In this document: positions 1 through 10,520 of the stretch, one piece after another
Numbering within the stretch: the first letter of the stretch is position 1
Layout: each line of letters starts with the position of its first letter
Assembly: GCA_963843575.1 (NCBI GenBank)
Contig: CAWJKZ010000013.1
Coordinates: 1 to 64,000 of the forward strand
From: an uncultured Acidobacteriota bacterium
GTDB lineage: Bacteria; Acidobacteriota; UBA6911
Length of the DNA stretch: 64,000 bases
Reading direction: 5' to 3'
The notes under the pieces: model-generated
The model's input: the letters and a program-made list of their open reading frames with translations, nothing else
Databases searched by the model: none
Told to the model about the DNA's origin: nothing
Translations under genes and position numbers: made by a program

Positions 1-29
1 GTTGTAGCCCTTCGACGTTACGTATTGCT
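1..29 (+). other. Oxford Nanopore ligation adapter remnant (sequencing artefact)
   Basis: 17-29 GTTACGTATTGCT is identical to the adapter 3' end (AATGTACTTCGTTCAGTTACGTATTGCT); the LOG ORF loses family similarity exactly at this junction. Confidence 0.85.
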
Positions 30-583
30 TTCCGCATGAAGAAGTAGTGAAACTCGAAGGCCAGTCCCCCAGGAACATAGGGGTTTACCTTCTGTTCGAG
101 CGGCAGGCTGATGGAGAACCCGACCGACTGGCTGCCCGCCTCCGTCGCACCACGGTTGGCGGCTTCCATGATGCCGGGACCGCCGCCGGAGCAGACCATC
201 AGCCGTTTCCGTTCCCCCTGCAGGCTTTTCGCCCACTCCGAGATGAGTCGGGCCAGTTCCCTTGCCTCGTCGTAGTACCGCGACATCCTGACCTGCTGTT
301 CCGCCCGGGCGATCTCGTCGGGGTGAGGTGCGGACTCCGCTCCGGAACTCAGGCGTTCGTGCAGGATGCGCAGGCGTCTCTCGGATTCCTCGTGCGCCGA
401 GGCGCGGGCGGATCCAAAGAACACGATGACGTCGGCCACCTGGTGCCGCCGGAGGCGGCTGGCCGGCTCAAGGTATTCACTGAGCATGCGGACCACGCGC
501 GCGTCGGCGCTCTTCAGGAACCGGGAGTTCTGGTAGGCTTTCGACGGCTGTTGAGGGCGTGAGGGTGCGGATTTGTCGTTCAT
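30..583 (-). CDS. LOG-family (Rossmann-fold nucleotide phosphoribohydrolase) protein, 3' end cut off
   Basis: Own translation, not in ORF track: MNDKSAPS...[25 protein letters not shown]...IVFFGSAR...[16 protein letters not shown]...FHYFFMRK. Confidence 0.85.
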
Positions 584-597
584 AGTCCCTTTCCGGG

Positions 598-1395
598 TCA
601 GTCGCACACCGGGGCGTGGTGGTTCACGGGACCGAAACCCGAGCCCAGCCCCGGGTTCGACTGGATCGCCCGCGTGACGTACCTCTTGGCGGTGGCGATC
701 GCGTCCGGAAGCGCGGCGCCCAGCGCCAGGCCCGCCGTGATCGCCGCGGAATAGGTGCACCCGGTTCCGTGGGTGTGAACGGTATCGATGCGCGCGGCGG
801 GGTAAGTGCGCAGCTCGCCCTCGAAAAAAAGGACGTCGACGGGATCGCCCTCCAGGTGACCGCCCTTGACGAGGACCGCCGGAACGCCGAAATCCGCGAT
901 GCGGCGAGCGGCCTCCTTCATCGACTCGACGCCGGTGACCTCGATGCCCGAGAGCGCACTTGCCTCGTGCAGGTTCGGCGTCGCCAGGTAGGCGCGCGGC
1001 AGCAGGCAATCGGCCAGCGCCGCGCGGGCCTCGGGCGCGATCAACGGTGCGCCGTGCTTGCTCAGCATGACGGGGTCGAGCACGAGCGGGAACGTGAAGT
1101 CGGCCGCAGCCTCGGCCACCGCTCGGATCACGGCCTCGCTGCCGAGCGCACCCGTCTTTGCGGCATCCGGCGGGATGTCCTCCAGCACGGCCCGCAACTG
1201 GGCGATCACCAAGCGCGGCTCGATCGTGTGCACTTCGGTGACGCTGCGCGTGTTCTGCACCGTCAGCAGCGTCACGACGCTGGTACCGTAAATCCCGAAC
1301 TGGTGGAAGGTCTTCAGATCCGCCTGGATTCCGGCCCCGCCGGACGGATCGGACCCGGCGATCGTCAACCCCACCCTGGCGATGCGTTGGCTCAT
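598..1395 (-). CDS. thiD: Hydroxymethylpyrimidine/phosphomethylpyrimidine kinase
   Basis: [41 protein letters not shown] motifs. Confidence 0.95.
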   Translation of the reverse strand: MSQRIARVGLTIAGSDPSGGAGIQADLKTFHQFGIYGTSVVTLLTVQNTRSVTEVHTIEPRLVIAQLRAVLEDIPPDAAKTGALGSEAVIRAVAEAAADFTFPLVLDPVMLSKHGAPLIAPEARAALADCLLPRAYLATPNLHEASALSGIEVTGVESMKEAARRIADFGVPAVLVKGGHLEGDPVDVLFFEGELRTYPAARIDTVHTHGTGCTYSAAITAGLALGAALPDAIATAKRYVTRAIQSNPGLGSGFGPVNHHAPVCD

Positions 1396-1399
1396 CGGC

Positions 1400-2602
1400 T
1401 TACCGCTTTGCGCCGTAGGTGACGCGCCAGATCTTGCCGCCCCCGTCGTCGCTCAGCAGCAGGGAGCCGTCGGGGAGTTCGAGCAGGCCCACCGGCCGGC
1501 CCCACACTTCTTTCCTGTCCGGCGCCAACATGAAGCCCGACATGAACTCCTGCGGCTTGCCGGAGGGTTTCCCGCCGGCGAACGGGACGAAGACGATGCT
1601 GTACCCCACGCGCCTGGAGCGGTTCCAGGACCCGTGCTGCGCCAGGAAGGCGCCCCCCTGGTACGCGTGCGGGAAGCTGTTGCCCGTGTAGAAAATCGCA
1701 TCGAGCACGGCAGCATGCGACTGCAACAGCACATCGGGCACGATGGTCCGGGCGATCAGCCCCGCGGGTGCTTTCCCCTTGTTCCGAGGATCCTCGTGCG
1801 ACCCGATGTAGGCGTAGGGCCAGCCGTAGAAACCACCCTGCCGGATGGAGGTGAAATAGTCCGGCACGAGGTCGTCGCCCAGCATGTCGCGTTCCTGAAC
1901 TGCGGCCCAGAGAGTATCGGTCCCGGGATACCAGCGCAATCCGATGGCGTTGCGCAGGCCCGACGCGATGATCTCGTGACCGGTGCCGTCCGGGTTGTAG
2001 CGGTTGATCGCGGCCCGTCGCGGGTCCTCGCCCACGCTGACGTTGGAGCCGGAGCCGACGGTCAGGTACAGCTTCTCGCCCTTGCGGTCGAACAACACCG
2101 TGCGCGTCCAGTGACCGCCGTCCAGGCCCTGCAGCGAGACCACCTCCTGGCCGGGCGACGCAGCGGTGGCGTTTGAGGTGTCATATCTGTAGCGCTTGAG
2201 CGATCCGGGCTCCGCGACATACAGGTACTCCTTCCAGAATGCCATCCCGTACGGCCGGTCCAGCCCTTCCAGCAGAACGCTTCGGCTCTCCGCCCGGCCG
2301 TCTCCGTCGCGGTCCGTCAGAACCAGCACCGACCCGTTCTGAGTGCTTTGCGTCAGGAGGATCTCGTGCTTGGGCCCGAGCAGCATGAAACGCGGGCGCT
2401 GCAGGCCCTCTGCAAATGGCCGGACGTCGAATCCTTCCGGGAGCCTCAACTGCACGCCGTCAGGCTGCGGGATCACTCTCGGCGGATTTGCAGCCGAGGG
2501 GGTCTGAAAGGGCGGGGGAAGTTGCGGGCCGTTCTGAAAGGCGGCCGCAGCCGCGATCCCGGCGCACGCAACGACGATCACCAGCGCGTACCTCAGTCTC
2601 AT
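1400..2602 (-). CDS. PQQ-dependent sugar/sorbosone dehydrogenase family beta-propeller, secreted
   Basis: Signal peptide; GHWTRT, SGLRNAIG, ERDMLGDDLVPDY, YGWPY, HGSWNRS, GRPVG, SDDGGG motifs; AGGAG upstream. Confidence 0.88.
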   Translation of the reverse strand: MRLRYALVIVVACAGIAAAAAFQNGPQLPPPFQTPSAANPPRVIPQPDGVQLRLPEGFDVRPFAEGLQRPRFMLLGPKHEILLTQSTQNGSVLVLTDRDGDGRAESRSVLLEGLDRPYGMAFWKEYLYVAEPGSLKRYRYDTSNATAASPGQEVVSLQGLDGGHWTRTVLFDRKGEKLYLTVGSGSNVSVGEDPRRAAINRYNPDGTGHEIIASGLRNAIGLRWYPGTDTLWAAVQERDMLGDDLVPDYFTSIRQGGFYGWPYAYIGSHEDPRNKGKAPAGLIARTIVPDVLLQSHAAVLDAIFYTGNSFPHAYQGGAFLAQHGSWNRSRRVGYSIVFVPFAGGKPSGKPQEFMSGFMLAPDRKEVWGRPVGLLELPDGSLLLSDDGGGKIWRVTYGAKR

Positions 2603-2678
2603 GAACACTCCTTTTCAAACATCATGGTACCGCAAAGCGAGGGAGATTTCGGCCTCCGGGCGGGAAGTTGCGCGGCGG

Positions 2679-3944
2679 TCAGACCCGATAGGGTATCGTC
2701 ATGGGGCCCTCGGGAAGCACCGCCACGGGTGCATCGGCGCCGAGCGCTCTCAGTTCTCCAGCCACGAAGCCAGGGATGTCGTTGACGGGTTCCAGGTGGG
2801 CACGCTCGACCTCGGCGGCTGGGATCTCACTGTACAGGCCCACGCGCGCCCTGGTGCGGATCAGAGCCAGGAGCTGCGCCTCCCACTGGTCATAGAGCGA
2901 AAACCCGGGCGCCGCGATCGTTTCCAGGATCGCGGTCGGAGACGGGTGTCCGAACAGGAGCTTGCGGAAATTCCCGTGATCCGGGAAGCCGTCGTTGCAG
3001 CGGGAGGCGGCGACGATGAGTCCTCCGGGCTCGACAATCTGCGCGGCCGCCGACATGCCCTTGACGGACTGGTAGAGGTTCTGATCGAGCGGGTAGCCGC
3101 CGTTGGTGGTGACCACGACGGCGAACGGGCGTTCACAGGCCACCATTGCCGTCGAGCGAGCGAAGGCCGCCCCCTCGCGGTGCGCGGCGAGCACATCGCC
3201 GCAGAAGAAGCCGGTGATCTGCCGGTAGCGGTTCAAGGTGACGTTGACGCAGAAATCGACCGGCAGCAGCGAACCGAAGAGCCGTATCTGGTCTTGGGTC
3301 GGGTTGTCCTCGAGCTGCCCCCACGTGCTCCTGGGGTCCCCGATAACCGAGGCCCGGTGGTAGTGCATGATCGAGTCGATGTCCGCGACGCCCGGAAACA
3401 CCGCCTTGTACCCGCCTGAAAAGCCCGCCATGAAATGGGGCTCGATGAATCCGAGCACGATGCGCCGGTCGGCGCGGACGTAGTCGCGGCTCATCAGGAC
3501 CGAACGCCCGCCGTCCGTCCGTCCCGCGAGCTCGAGGGTGGTGCGATCGTGAGCGTCGTGATTGACCACCCGGTACCGCTTCAGGATCCCGGCACCCAGC
3601 ATCGACGCGAGTTCCTCGGGCGTGTTGATCCGGTGGCTCCCCGTCCCGATCACGATCGTGAAGTTGCCGGCCGGGACGTGCGACAACTCGTCGAACAGCC
3701 AGGGAAGGAGCCGGCTGGAGGGGAGCGGACGCGTGATGTCCGGAACGACGACCGCGACGCGGTCGGAGGCCGCGACGGCTTCGCGCAAGGGCCGCCCCTC
3801 GACGGGCCGACGGACCGCGGTACGAAACCCGCTCTGCTCGTCCGGCACGCCGTCGACGAATTGGGGATTGAGCACCGTGATGTCGGAACCGGGCAGGTCG
3901 ACCGTCAGACCGTCGGTTCCGTACTCGAGGCGGATCCGTCTCAT
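2679..3944 (-). CDS. larA: LarA-family nickel-pincer-dependent 2-hydroxy-acid racemase/epimerase
   Basis: PDITRP, GTGSHR, PHFMAGFSGGYK, DQNLYQSVKG motifs; substrate unknown; start could be GTG 3953. Confidence 0.88.
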   Translation of the reverse strand: MRRIRLEYGTDGLTVDLPGSDITVLNPQFVDGVPDEQSGFRTAVRRPVEGRPLREAVAASDRVAVVVPDITRPLPSSRLLPWLFDELSHVPAGNFTIVIGTGSHRINTPEELASMLGAGILKRYRVVNHDAHDRTTLELAGRTDGGRSVLMSRDYVRADRRIVLGFIEPHFMAGFSGGYKAVFPGVADIDSIMHYHRASVIGDPRSTWGQLEDNPTQDQIRLFGSLLPVDFCVNVTLNRYRQITGFFCGDVLAAHREGAAFARSTAMVACERPFAVVVTTNGGYPLDQNLYQSVKGMSAAAQIVEPGGLIVAASRCNDGFPDHGNFRKLLFGHPSPTAILETIAAPGFSLYDQWEAQLLALIRTRARVGLYSEIPAAEVERAHLEPVNDIPGFVAGELRALGADAPVAVLPEGPMTIPYRV

Positions 3945-4008
3945 GCGCACCACTCTCGTGTGCGGCGAGGATCGGGGTATTCAAGCCCGACCGCGCGCAC
4001 CGCCGGCT

Positions 4009-5076
4009 TCAGGCGACCGTCACATCGGGACAGAGATACACGTCCTGGATGGCGTTGAGAATGGCGATCCCGTCCTTCATCGGGCGCTGAAAAGCTTTGC
4101 GCCCCGAGATCAGTCCCATGCCGCCGGCACGCTTGTTGATGACGGCGGTCCGCACCGCCTCCGCCAGGTCGCCCGCGCCCGAGCTCGCGCCGCCGCTGTT
4201 GATCAGGCCGGCGCGGCCAAGGTAACAGTTGACCACCTGGTAGCGGGTCAGGTCGATGGGATTGTCCGAAGTCAGTTCGGTATAGACCTTCTTGTGGGTC
4301 TTCCCGAATTTGAGGGCCTCGAAGCCTCCGTTGTTCTCGGGAAGCTTCTGCTTGATGATGTCTGCCCCAACCGTGACTCCCAGGTGGTTCGCCTGTCCCG
4401 TCAAATCGGCTGAGACGTGGTGGTCGACCCCGCCTTCCTTGGTCTTGTTGAACGCTGGGTTGCGCAGGTAACACCAGAGTACCGTCGCCATTCCGAGGCT
4501 GTGGGCGGCGCTGAAGGCCGTCGAAACCTCCTGGATCTGACGCTTCGACTCCTCGGAGCCGAAGTACACCGTCGCGCCGACGGCGACGGCTCCCATGTCG
4601 AAGGCCTGTTCCACGCCGGCGAACAGGATCTGGTCGAACGAATTCGGGTACGAGATGAACTCGTTGTGGTTGATCTTCAGAATGAAGGGAATCCGGTGCG
4701 CATACCTGCGGCACACTGACCCGAGCACCCCCAGGGTGGAGGCCACGGCGTTGCAGCCCCCCTCGATCGCAAGCTTGACGATGTTTTCACCGTCGAAATA
4801 GATCGGGTTGGGGGCGAAGGAGGCGCCCGCCGAGTGCTCGATCCCCTGGTCGACCGGCAGGATGGACAGGTACCCCGTCCCGCGCAATCGCCCGTGATCG
4901 AACAACGACTGCAGGTTGCGCAACACGGGAGCGGGCCGGTCGCTGGCCACCCACACGCGCTCTATGAAATCGGGGCCTGGGAGATGGAGTTGATCACGCG
5001 AAACGGTCTTGCATCGGTGTTCGAGCAAGCCCTGCGCCCCCTCGCCGAGCAGTTCCGTGATCTTCTCTGTGGACAT
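4009..5076 (-). CDS. fbaB: Class I fructose-bisphosphate aldolase (DhnA/FbaB type)
   Basis: [47 protein letters not shown]. Confidence 0.95.
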   Translation of the reverse strand: MSTEKITELLGEGAQGLLEHRCKTVSRDQLHLPGPDFIERVWVASDRPAPVLRNLQSLFDHGRLRGTGYLSILPVDQGIEHSAGASFAPNPIYFDGENIVKLAIEGGCNAVASTLGVLGSVCRRYAHRIPFILKINHNEFISYPNSFDQILFAGVEQAFDMGAVAVGATVYFGSEESKRQIQEVSTAFSAAHSLGMATVLWCYLRNPAFNKTKEGGVDHHVSADLTGQANHLGVTVGADIIKQKLPENNGGFEALKFGKTHKKVYTELTSDNPIDLTRYQVVNCYLGRAGLINSGGASSGAGDLAEAVRTAVINKRAGGMGLISGRKAFQRPMKDGIAILNAIQDVYLCPDVTVA

Positions 5077-5201
5077 ATGCGGTCTCCTGGTGGTGTGGGA
5101 TCGTGTGGTTTGTCGCTGAATTCGGGGTCGCCGGCGTCACAGGCCGAATTATATCGGCCGGGGATGCTCGATACAACTGCGCCGGCCGTGCCCGGTGGAA
5201 C

Positions 5202-5723
5202 CTACGGGACGACTGCGGTTCTGCGCATGAGGGCTGCCTGGACGATTACTCCGGCCACTGCCAGGCCGAGCATGACGAAGGTAGAGGACACACGCTCGAC
5301 GGGAAGGCTCTGCGCAATGAGGGCGGCACCGCTGAGCGAGGAGAGGATGATAAGCGCCCAGTCAAACAGCGCCAGCACGAGCAGCGCCCCGACTATGCCG
5401 CCGACGAGGTACGCGACCCAGCCGTAAGGCCCCGCCGTGATGTTCGTGACTCGCAACAGTTCCACCATCAGGTAGCCTCCGATGAAGAAACCGGCAATCG
5501 CAACCGCTGCCTTCTTCAGGACGACCGCGAGCACCGCGCCGATCACCGCGGCGCTCAGGGCGCCCGCCAGCACCGCCCAGCCCGGCAACCCGGCGACCAC
5601 CCGGGTCGCGAAATGCAGCCCTGTGAGAAAGCCGGCGAAGGCGACGAACAGCCAGAACAGCTGTCGCCCGAGGACGAGCACGACCGCCCCAATCAGGATC
5701 CTCACTGCGGTGTCAGCGGACAT
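5202..5723 (-). CDS. Multi-pass membrane protein (DUF4203-like)
   Basis: ~6 hydrophobic helices; LGRQLFWLFVAFAGF and IILSSLSGA patterns. Confidence 0.7.
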   Translation of the reverse strand: MSADTAVRILIGAVVLVLGRQLFWLFVAFAGFLTGLHFATRVVAGLPGWAVLAGALSAAVIGAVLAVVLKKAAVAIAGFFIGGYLMVELLRVTNITAGPYGWVAYLVGGIVGALLVLALFDWALIILSSLSGAALIAQSLPVERVSSTFVMLGLAVAGVIVQAALMRRTAVVP

Positions 5724-5830
5724 GGGTCACCTCCCAGGTGGGCTTCCCTTCCTCGCAGGATAGCATCCGGCCGATGCTTCTGCCAGAATGTGTAGAATGA
5801 CGGCGACGTCTCGGCACGTCACGGGGAGCT

Positions 5831-6559
5831 ATGACAGCAAAGGCCAGGTTCGGGAAAGACTACTACGCCATCCTCGGGATTTCCTCTCAGTGCTCTCCGG
5901 ACGAGGTGCGCACAGCCTACCGCAAGCTGGCACTGCAGTGGCATCCGGACCGCAACCCGGGGAATCCGGACTCCACCGAGCGGTTCAAGGAAATCAGCGA
6001 AGCTTACGGCGTCCTGATCGACCCGGTGAAACGGGAACAGTATGACCGGGCGCGAACCCTCGGAACCGGTGGGACGTTCCAATACACCCGGGAGGAAATT
6101 TTTCGCGACCTCTTCGGCAACCGGGCCGCCACCGCGGTTTTCGAGGAACTCGCGCGCGAGTTCGAACGCGGCGGCATGCGGGTGGACCGGTACTATTTCG
6201 AGAGAACCCTCTCGGGCGGGACGGTCATCACGGGAGGCGTCTTCATCATCGGGCCGCTGGCCCCGGTGCTCGGGCTCTTCAAGCTGGGCCGCGCCGCGAT
6301 CTCCGGGATGCGAGAGGTCGCGCGGGCCCTCCTGGGCAAGGCTGCCGGCACCCTGCTCCCGGCGGCGGGGGAAGACGCGATCCCGCTGCGTCTGACCGGC
6401 GCGGAAGCCCGGCTGGGAGCCCACAAGCCCGTGCCAGTCCATTTGAACGGCAAGGAGCGGGTCCTGATGGTCACGGTGCCGCCCGGCGTCCGGAACGGTA
6501 CCCGCCTGCGCCTGCGCACCCCTGGCCGTACTGTCTATCTCTCGCTCCAAATCGAATAG
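5831..6559 (+). CDS. DnaJ-domain protein (J domain plus short DnaJ C-terminal segment)
   Basis: KDYYAILG, HPD, FKEISEAY; C-terminal VTVPPGVRNGTRLRL; no Cys-rich Zn finger. Confidence 0.85.
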   Translation: MTAKARFGKDYYAILGISSQCSPDEVRTAYRKLALQWHPDRNPGNPDSTERFKEISEAYGVLIDPVKREQYDRARTLGTGGTFQYTREEIFRDLFGNRAATAVFEELAREFERGGMRVDRYYFERTLSGGTVITGGVFIIGPLAPVLGLFKLGRAAISGMREVARALLGKAAGTLLPAAGEDAIPLRLTGAEARLGAHKPVPVHLNGKERVLMVTVPPGVRNGTRLRLRTPGRTVYLSLQIE

Positions 6560-6609
6560 GGGCTCAACCGAGTGGGCGGCAGTTCCTGTCCCGATCGGTC
6601 GGTTGGGTT

Positions 6610-7230
6610 TTACCTTGGGCTGCTCCCGGTCGAACCCGACCGTTTCAGGTACGCCAGGCCGCGCGGGGAGATCTCGTAGCCCACCTCGAAGCTCTGAGTC
6701 AGCCCGAGCTTCTTCAGCTTGACCACGTCTGCCTTGAAAAGCGCCGTCTCCCGCCCGACCTTGCGTGCCAGGCGCGACGCAGCGACGCGCGGGCGATCCC
6801 GGATCAGGGCGAGGGTCTCCGCGGTCCAGGGTCCGCCGGGGGCTTTCCGGTCGAGCCGCTCCAAACTCGCGGCAATCGTGTCCACCTGCTCGGGAGCAAG
6901 CTCCGCGTCGAGGGCACCGGGCACACGGTCCCCGTCTCCGCCGTAGTGAAATCCGATACGGAACAGCTCGGTGCGGTCGCTGAACTGCGGGTCCAGCTCC
7001 GCCAGGTACGCGAACAGGGCCGGGCGATCCGTGAAGCCGGCGCGGAGTGCGTCGGCGGGATCAATCCGATCCGCGCGCATTCGTTGCACCGAGTCGACCT
7101 CGACCACGCCGATCGGGTGGCAGCGATACCGCCCACCGGGTAGCACCCGCGCCCGCGCCCACAGGCGGAAGGTGACCGTCACCCCGCCGTCGACAATCCC
7201 CGCGTGGAACTTCTTTTGGAAGAGCAGCAC
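6610..7230 (-). CDS. ASCH-domain protein with C-terminal HTH-like segment
   Basis: GIVDGGVTVTFRLW and DALRAGF fit ASCH/PUA; C-terminal FKADVVKLKKLGLTQSFEVGYEISPRG is winged-helix-like; GTG start 6 nt after TATACT. Confidence 0.7.
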   Translation of the reverse strand: MLLFQKKFHAGIVDGGVTVTFRLWARARVLPGGRYRCHPIGVVEVDSVQRMRADRIDPADALRAGFTDRPALFAYLAELDPQFSDRTELFRIGFHYGGDGDRVPGALDAELAPEQVDTIAASLERLDRKAPGGPWTAETLALIRDRPRVAASRLARKVGRETALFKADVVKLKKLGLTQSFEVGYEISPRGLAYLKRSGSTGSSPR

Positions 7231-7312
7231 GAATGGAGTATATCGTGTCACCCAAGCGCGAACGAAACGGGACGGCCCGGTGTTAGTAAAGGAGACAGGG
7301 GAAGGAGACGGC

Positions 7313-7867
7313 GTGATCGCGTACCGGGAGGAAAGCCAACTGGCGCTCTCCGTGCGAGCGGGTGAGGACGGGGCGCTGGAACGGCTAATTTGCCTCTACC
7401 AGGACGGCCTCTACGGCTATACGCTGCGCCTGTTGGGGAACGAGTTCGACGCCCAGGAGGCCGTACAGGACGCCCTTCTCAGGGCCTGGCACGCCCTGGT
7501 CTCCCGTTACGACGAGGCTAAGTGCCGTTCGCTGGCCCTGCGGCCCTGGTTGTTCCGGATCGCCCGGAACGCTGCACTCAACCGACGCCGCTCCCGCGGT
7601 CGCGAGGTGACGGGGGACCCGGACGCCGACCCGCCGGCGCCCGACGTCCGGAGTTTCGACCGGAGTTCGCTCCTGGAGTCCGCGCTGGCCATCCTCACCG
7701 GCAGCGAACGCGAACTGATCGTGCTCCGCTACTTCGAGCAGATGCCGTATCCCGAGATCGCCGCAGTCTTGGGCAAGACGGATTCGGCCGTCCGAGGGGG
7801 CGTGTTCCGGGCTCTGCGAAAGCTGCGCAACCGGCTGAACGAAATGGGGTATTTCCATGCGCTGTGA
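7313..7867 (+). CDS. ECF-family RNA polymerase sigma factor
   Basis: DAQEAVQDALLRAW, WLFRIARN, ELIVLRYFEQMPYPEIAAVLG...ALRKLR; AAGGAG before GTG 7313. Confidence 0.92.
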   Translation: MIAYREESQLALSVRAGEDGALERLICLYQDGLYGYTLRLLGNEFDAQEAVQDALLRAWHALVSRYDEAKCRSLALRPWLFRIARNAALNRRRSRGREVTGDPDADPPAPDVRSFDRSSLLESALAILTGSERELIVLRYFEQMPYPEIAAVLGKTDSAVRGGVFRALRKLRNRLNEMGYFHAL

Positions 7868-8738
7868 CGACGCTATAAAACACCTCGACCCTCTTCGCAC
7901 CGCGGAACTCGATCCACGCCGGATCGGGGAGGTAGCGGACCACCTGTCGGTCTGCGCCGACTGCCGCCGGGCGCTGGCGCAGATGGAGCGGGTGGCGGCC
8001 GACGCACTCACGTCGCGCCCGGCCGCGCCTGGTTCGGTTCGGACAAAGGTCCTGCGGGAGGCGGGAGATTTGTACGGCGCCCTCGACACGGAACTCGGCC
8101 GGTTCTGGGTCGCTTACAGCTCACGGGGCATTCGGATGCTGCTCTTCAACATCGGCGGGGGCACGGAGTTTGAGGAGGCCTACTGCCGGCGCCTGCACCG
8201 CCGGGCGCATCCGGCGGAAGTTCCCGGGCGCTACGCGACACTGGTCCGCACGGCCGCCTCGGGCAAAGCCTCAGGCCCGATGCCGGTGGACCTCAGCGGG
8301 CTGTCGACGTTCGAGCGTTCGGTGCTCGAAGCCCTTCAGGGCATCCCGCTCGGAGAAGTGCGCACCTATGGGTGGCTTGCGCGGGAGGCGGGCCGGCCGG
8401 CCGCGATCCGCGCCGTCGGAAACGCGATGGCGCGCAACCCGATCCCCGTGCTGCTCCCCTGCCACAGGGTCGTCCCGGCAGAGGGAGGGACGGGGAACTA
8501 CGCTTTCGGCAGCGATTTCAAGCGGGCGCTCCTGAGCCGGGAAGGGGTTGCCGTCCACGAGTTGGAGAAACTCCGGCAACGACGCATCCGGTACATCGGG
8601 TCCGACACGACCCGCATCTACTGCTTCCCGACCTGCCGCGCGGCCCGTCGCATCTGCGAAACACACCGCGTTCCGTTTCAGGCTGCCGCGGACGCAGTCG
8701 CGGCCGGCTTCCATCCCTGCCGCTTGTGCAGGCCTTGA
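7857..8738 (+). CDS. Fusion of zf-HC2 anti-sigma domain, methylated-DNA-protein-cysteine methyltransferase and Ada-type Zn-binding domain
   Basis: N-terminal HLSVCADC; central IPLGEVRTYG...NPIPVLLPCHRVV; C-terminal IYCFPTC...FHPCRLC. Confidence 0.88.
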   Translation: MRCDDAIKHLDPLRTAELDPRRIGEVADHLSVCADCRRALAQMERVAADALTSRPAAPGSVRTKVLREAGDLYGALDTELGRFWVAYSSRGIRMLLFNIGGGTEFEEAYCRRLHRRAHPAEVPGRYATLVRTAASGKASGPMPVDLSGLSTFERSVLEALQGIPLGEVRTYGWLAREAGRPAAIRAVGNAMARNPIPVLLPCHRVVPAEGGTGNYAFGSDFKRALLSREGVAVHELEKLRQRRIRYIGSDTTRIYCFPTCRAARRICETHRVPFQAAADAVAAGFHPCRLCRP

Positions 8739-8800
8739 AACCCGAACGGGCCGCAACGGTTCGCTCCTCCGAGGCCCGCTCAAATGAACTGCGACAACCT

Positions 8801-8862
8801 GCCACGGAAAGTACGGAAATTAAAATGTGAGCTTTCCGTGTTCTTTCCGTGTCTTCCGTGGC
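8801..8862. repeat. Imperfect palindromic element of TTCCGTG units
   Basis: GCCACGGAAAGTACGGAAA ... TTCCGTGTTCTTTCCGTGTCTTCCGTGGC between convergent genes; related copies elsewhere in window. Confidence 0.6.
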
Positions 8863-8900
8863 GCGTTTTGCCTGTTTGCGCAGCTTAAATCCCGCTCCGT

Positions 8901-10310
<1,410 letters not shown>

Positions 10311-10520
10311 TTCTCCTCCCAAAGAAATTTGAATGTTCGCCGCTACCATAAACATACCAGATCGGCAGCCGACGAGGCCTTCGAGATTCTCGGGGCCTTG
10401 GAGGCAAGTTCCGCAGCGCATCCCGACGCTCGGGCGGCTCACAGAAGCTCCGGGTCCGGTCGCGCGCGTCGACCCTGCACGCCCCGGCAACCCTTGCCTT
10501 CAGTTGAGCTTGGTGCTCTA

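Noticed and set aside
47-562. 171-aa plus-strand ORF
   Set aside because: Antisense to the LOG gene, which has clear family motifs.
1395-2680. TPP riboswitch for thiD
   Set aside because: thiD starts 4 nt after the upstream stop, and I see no TPP aptamer core upstream.
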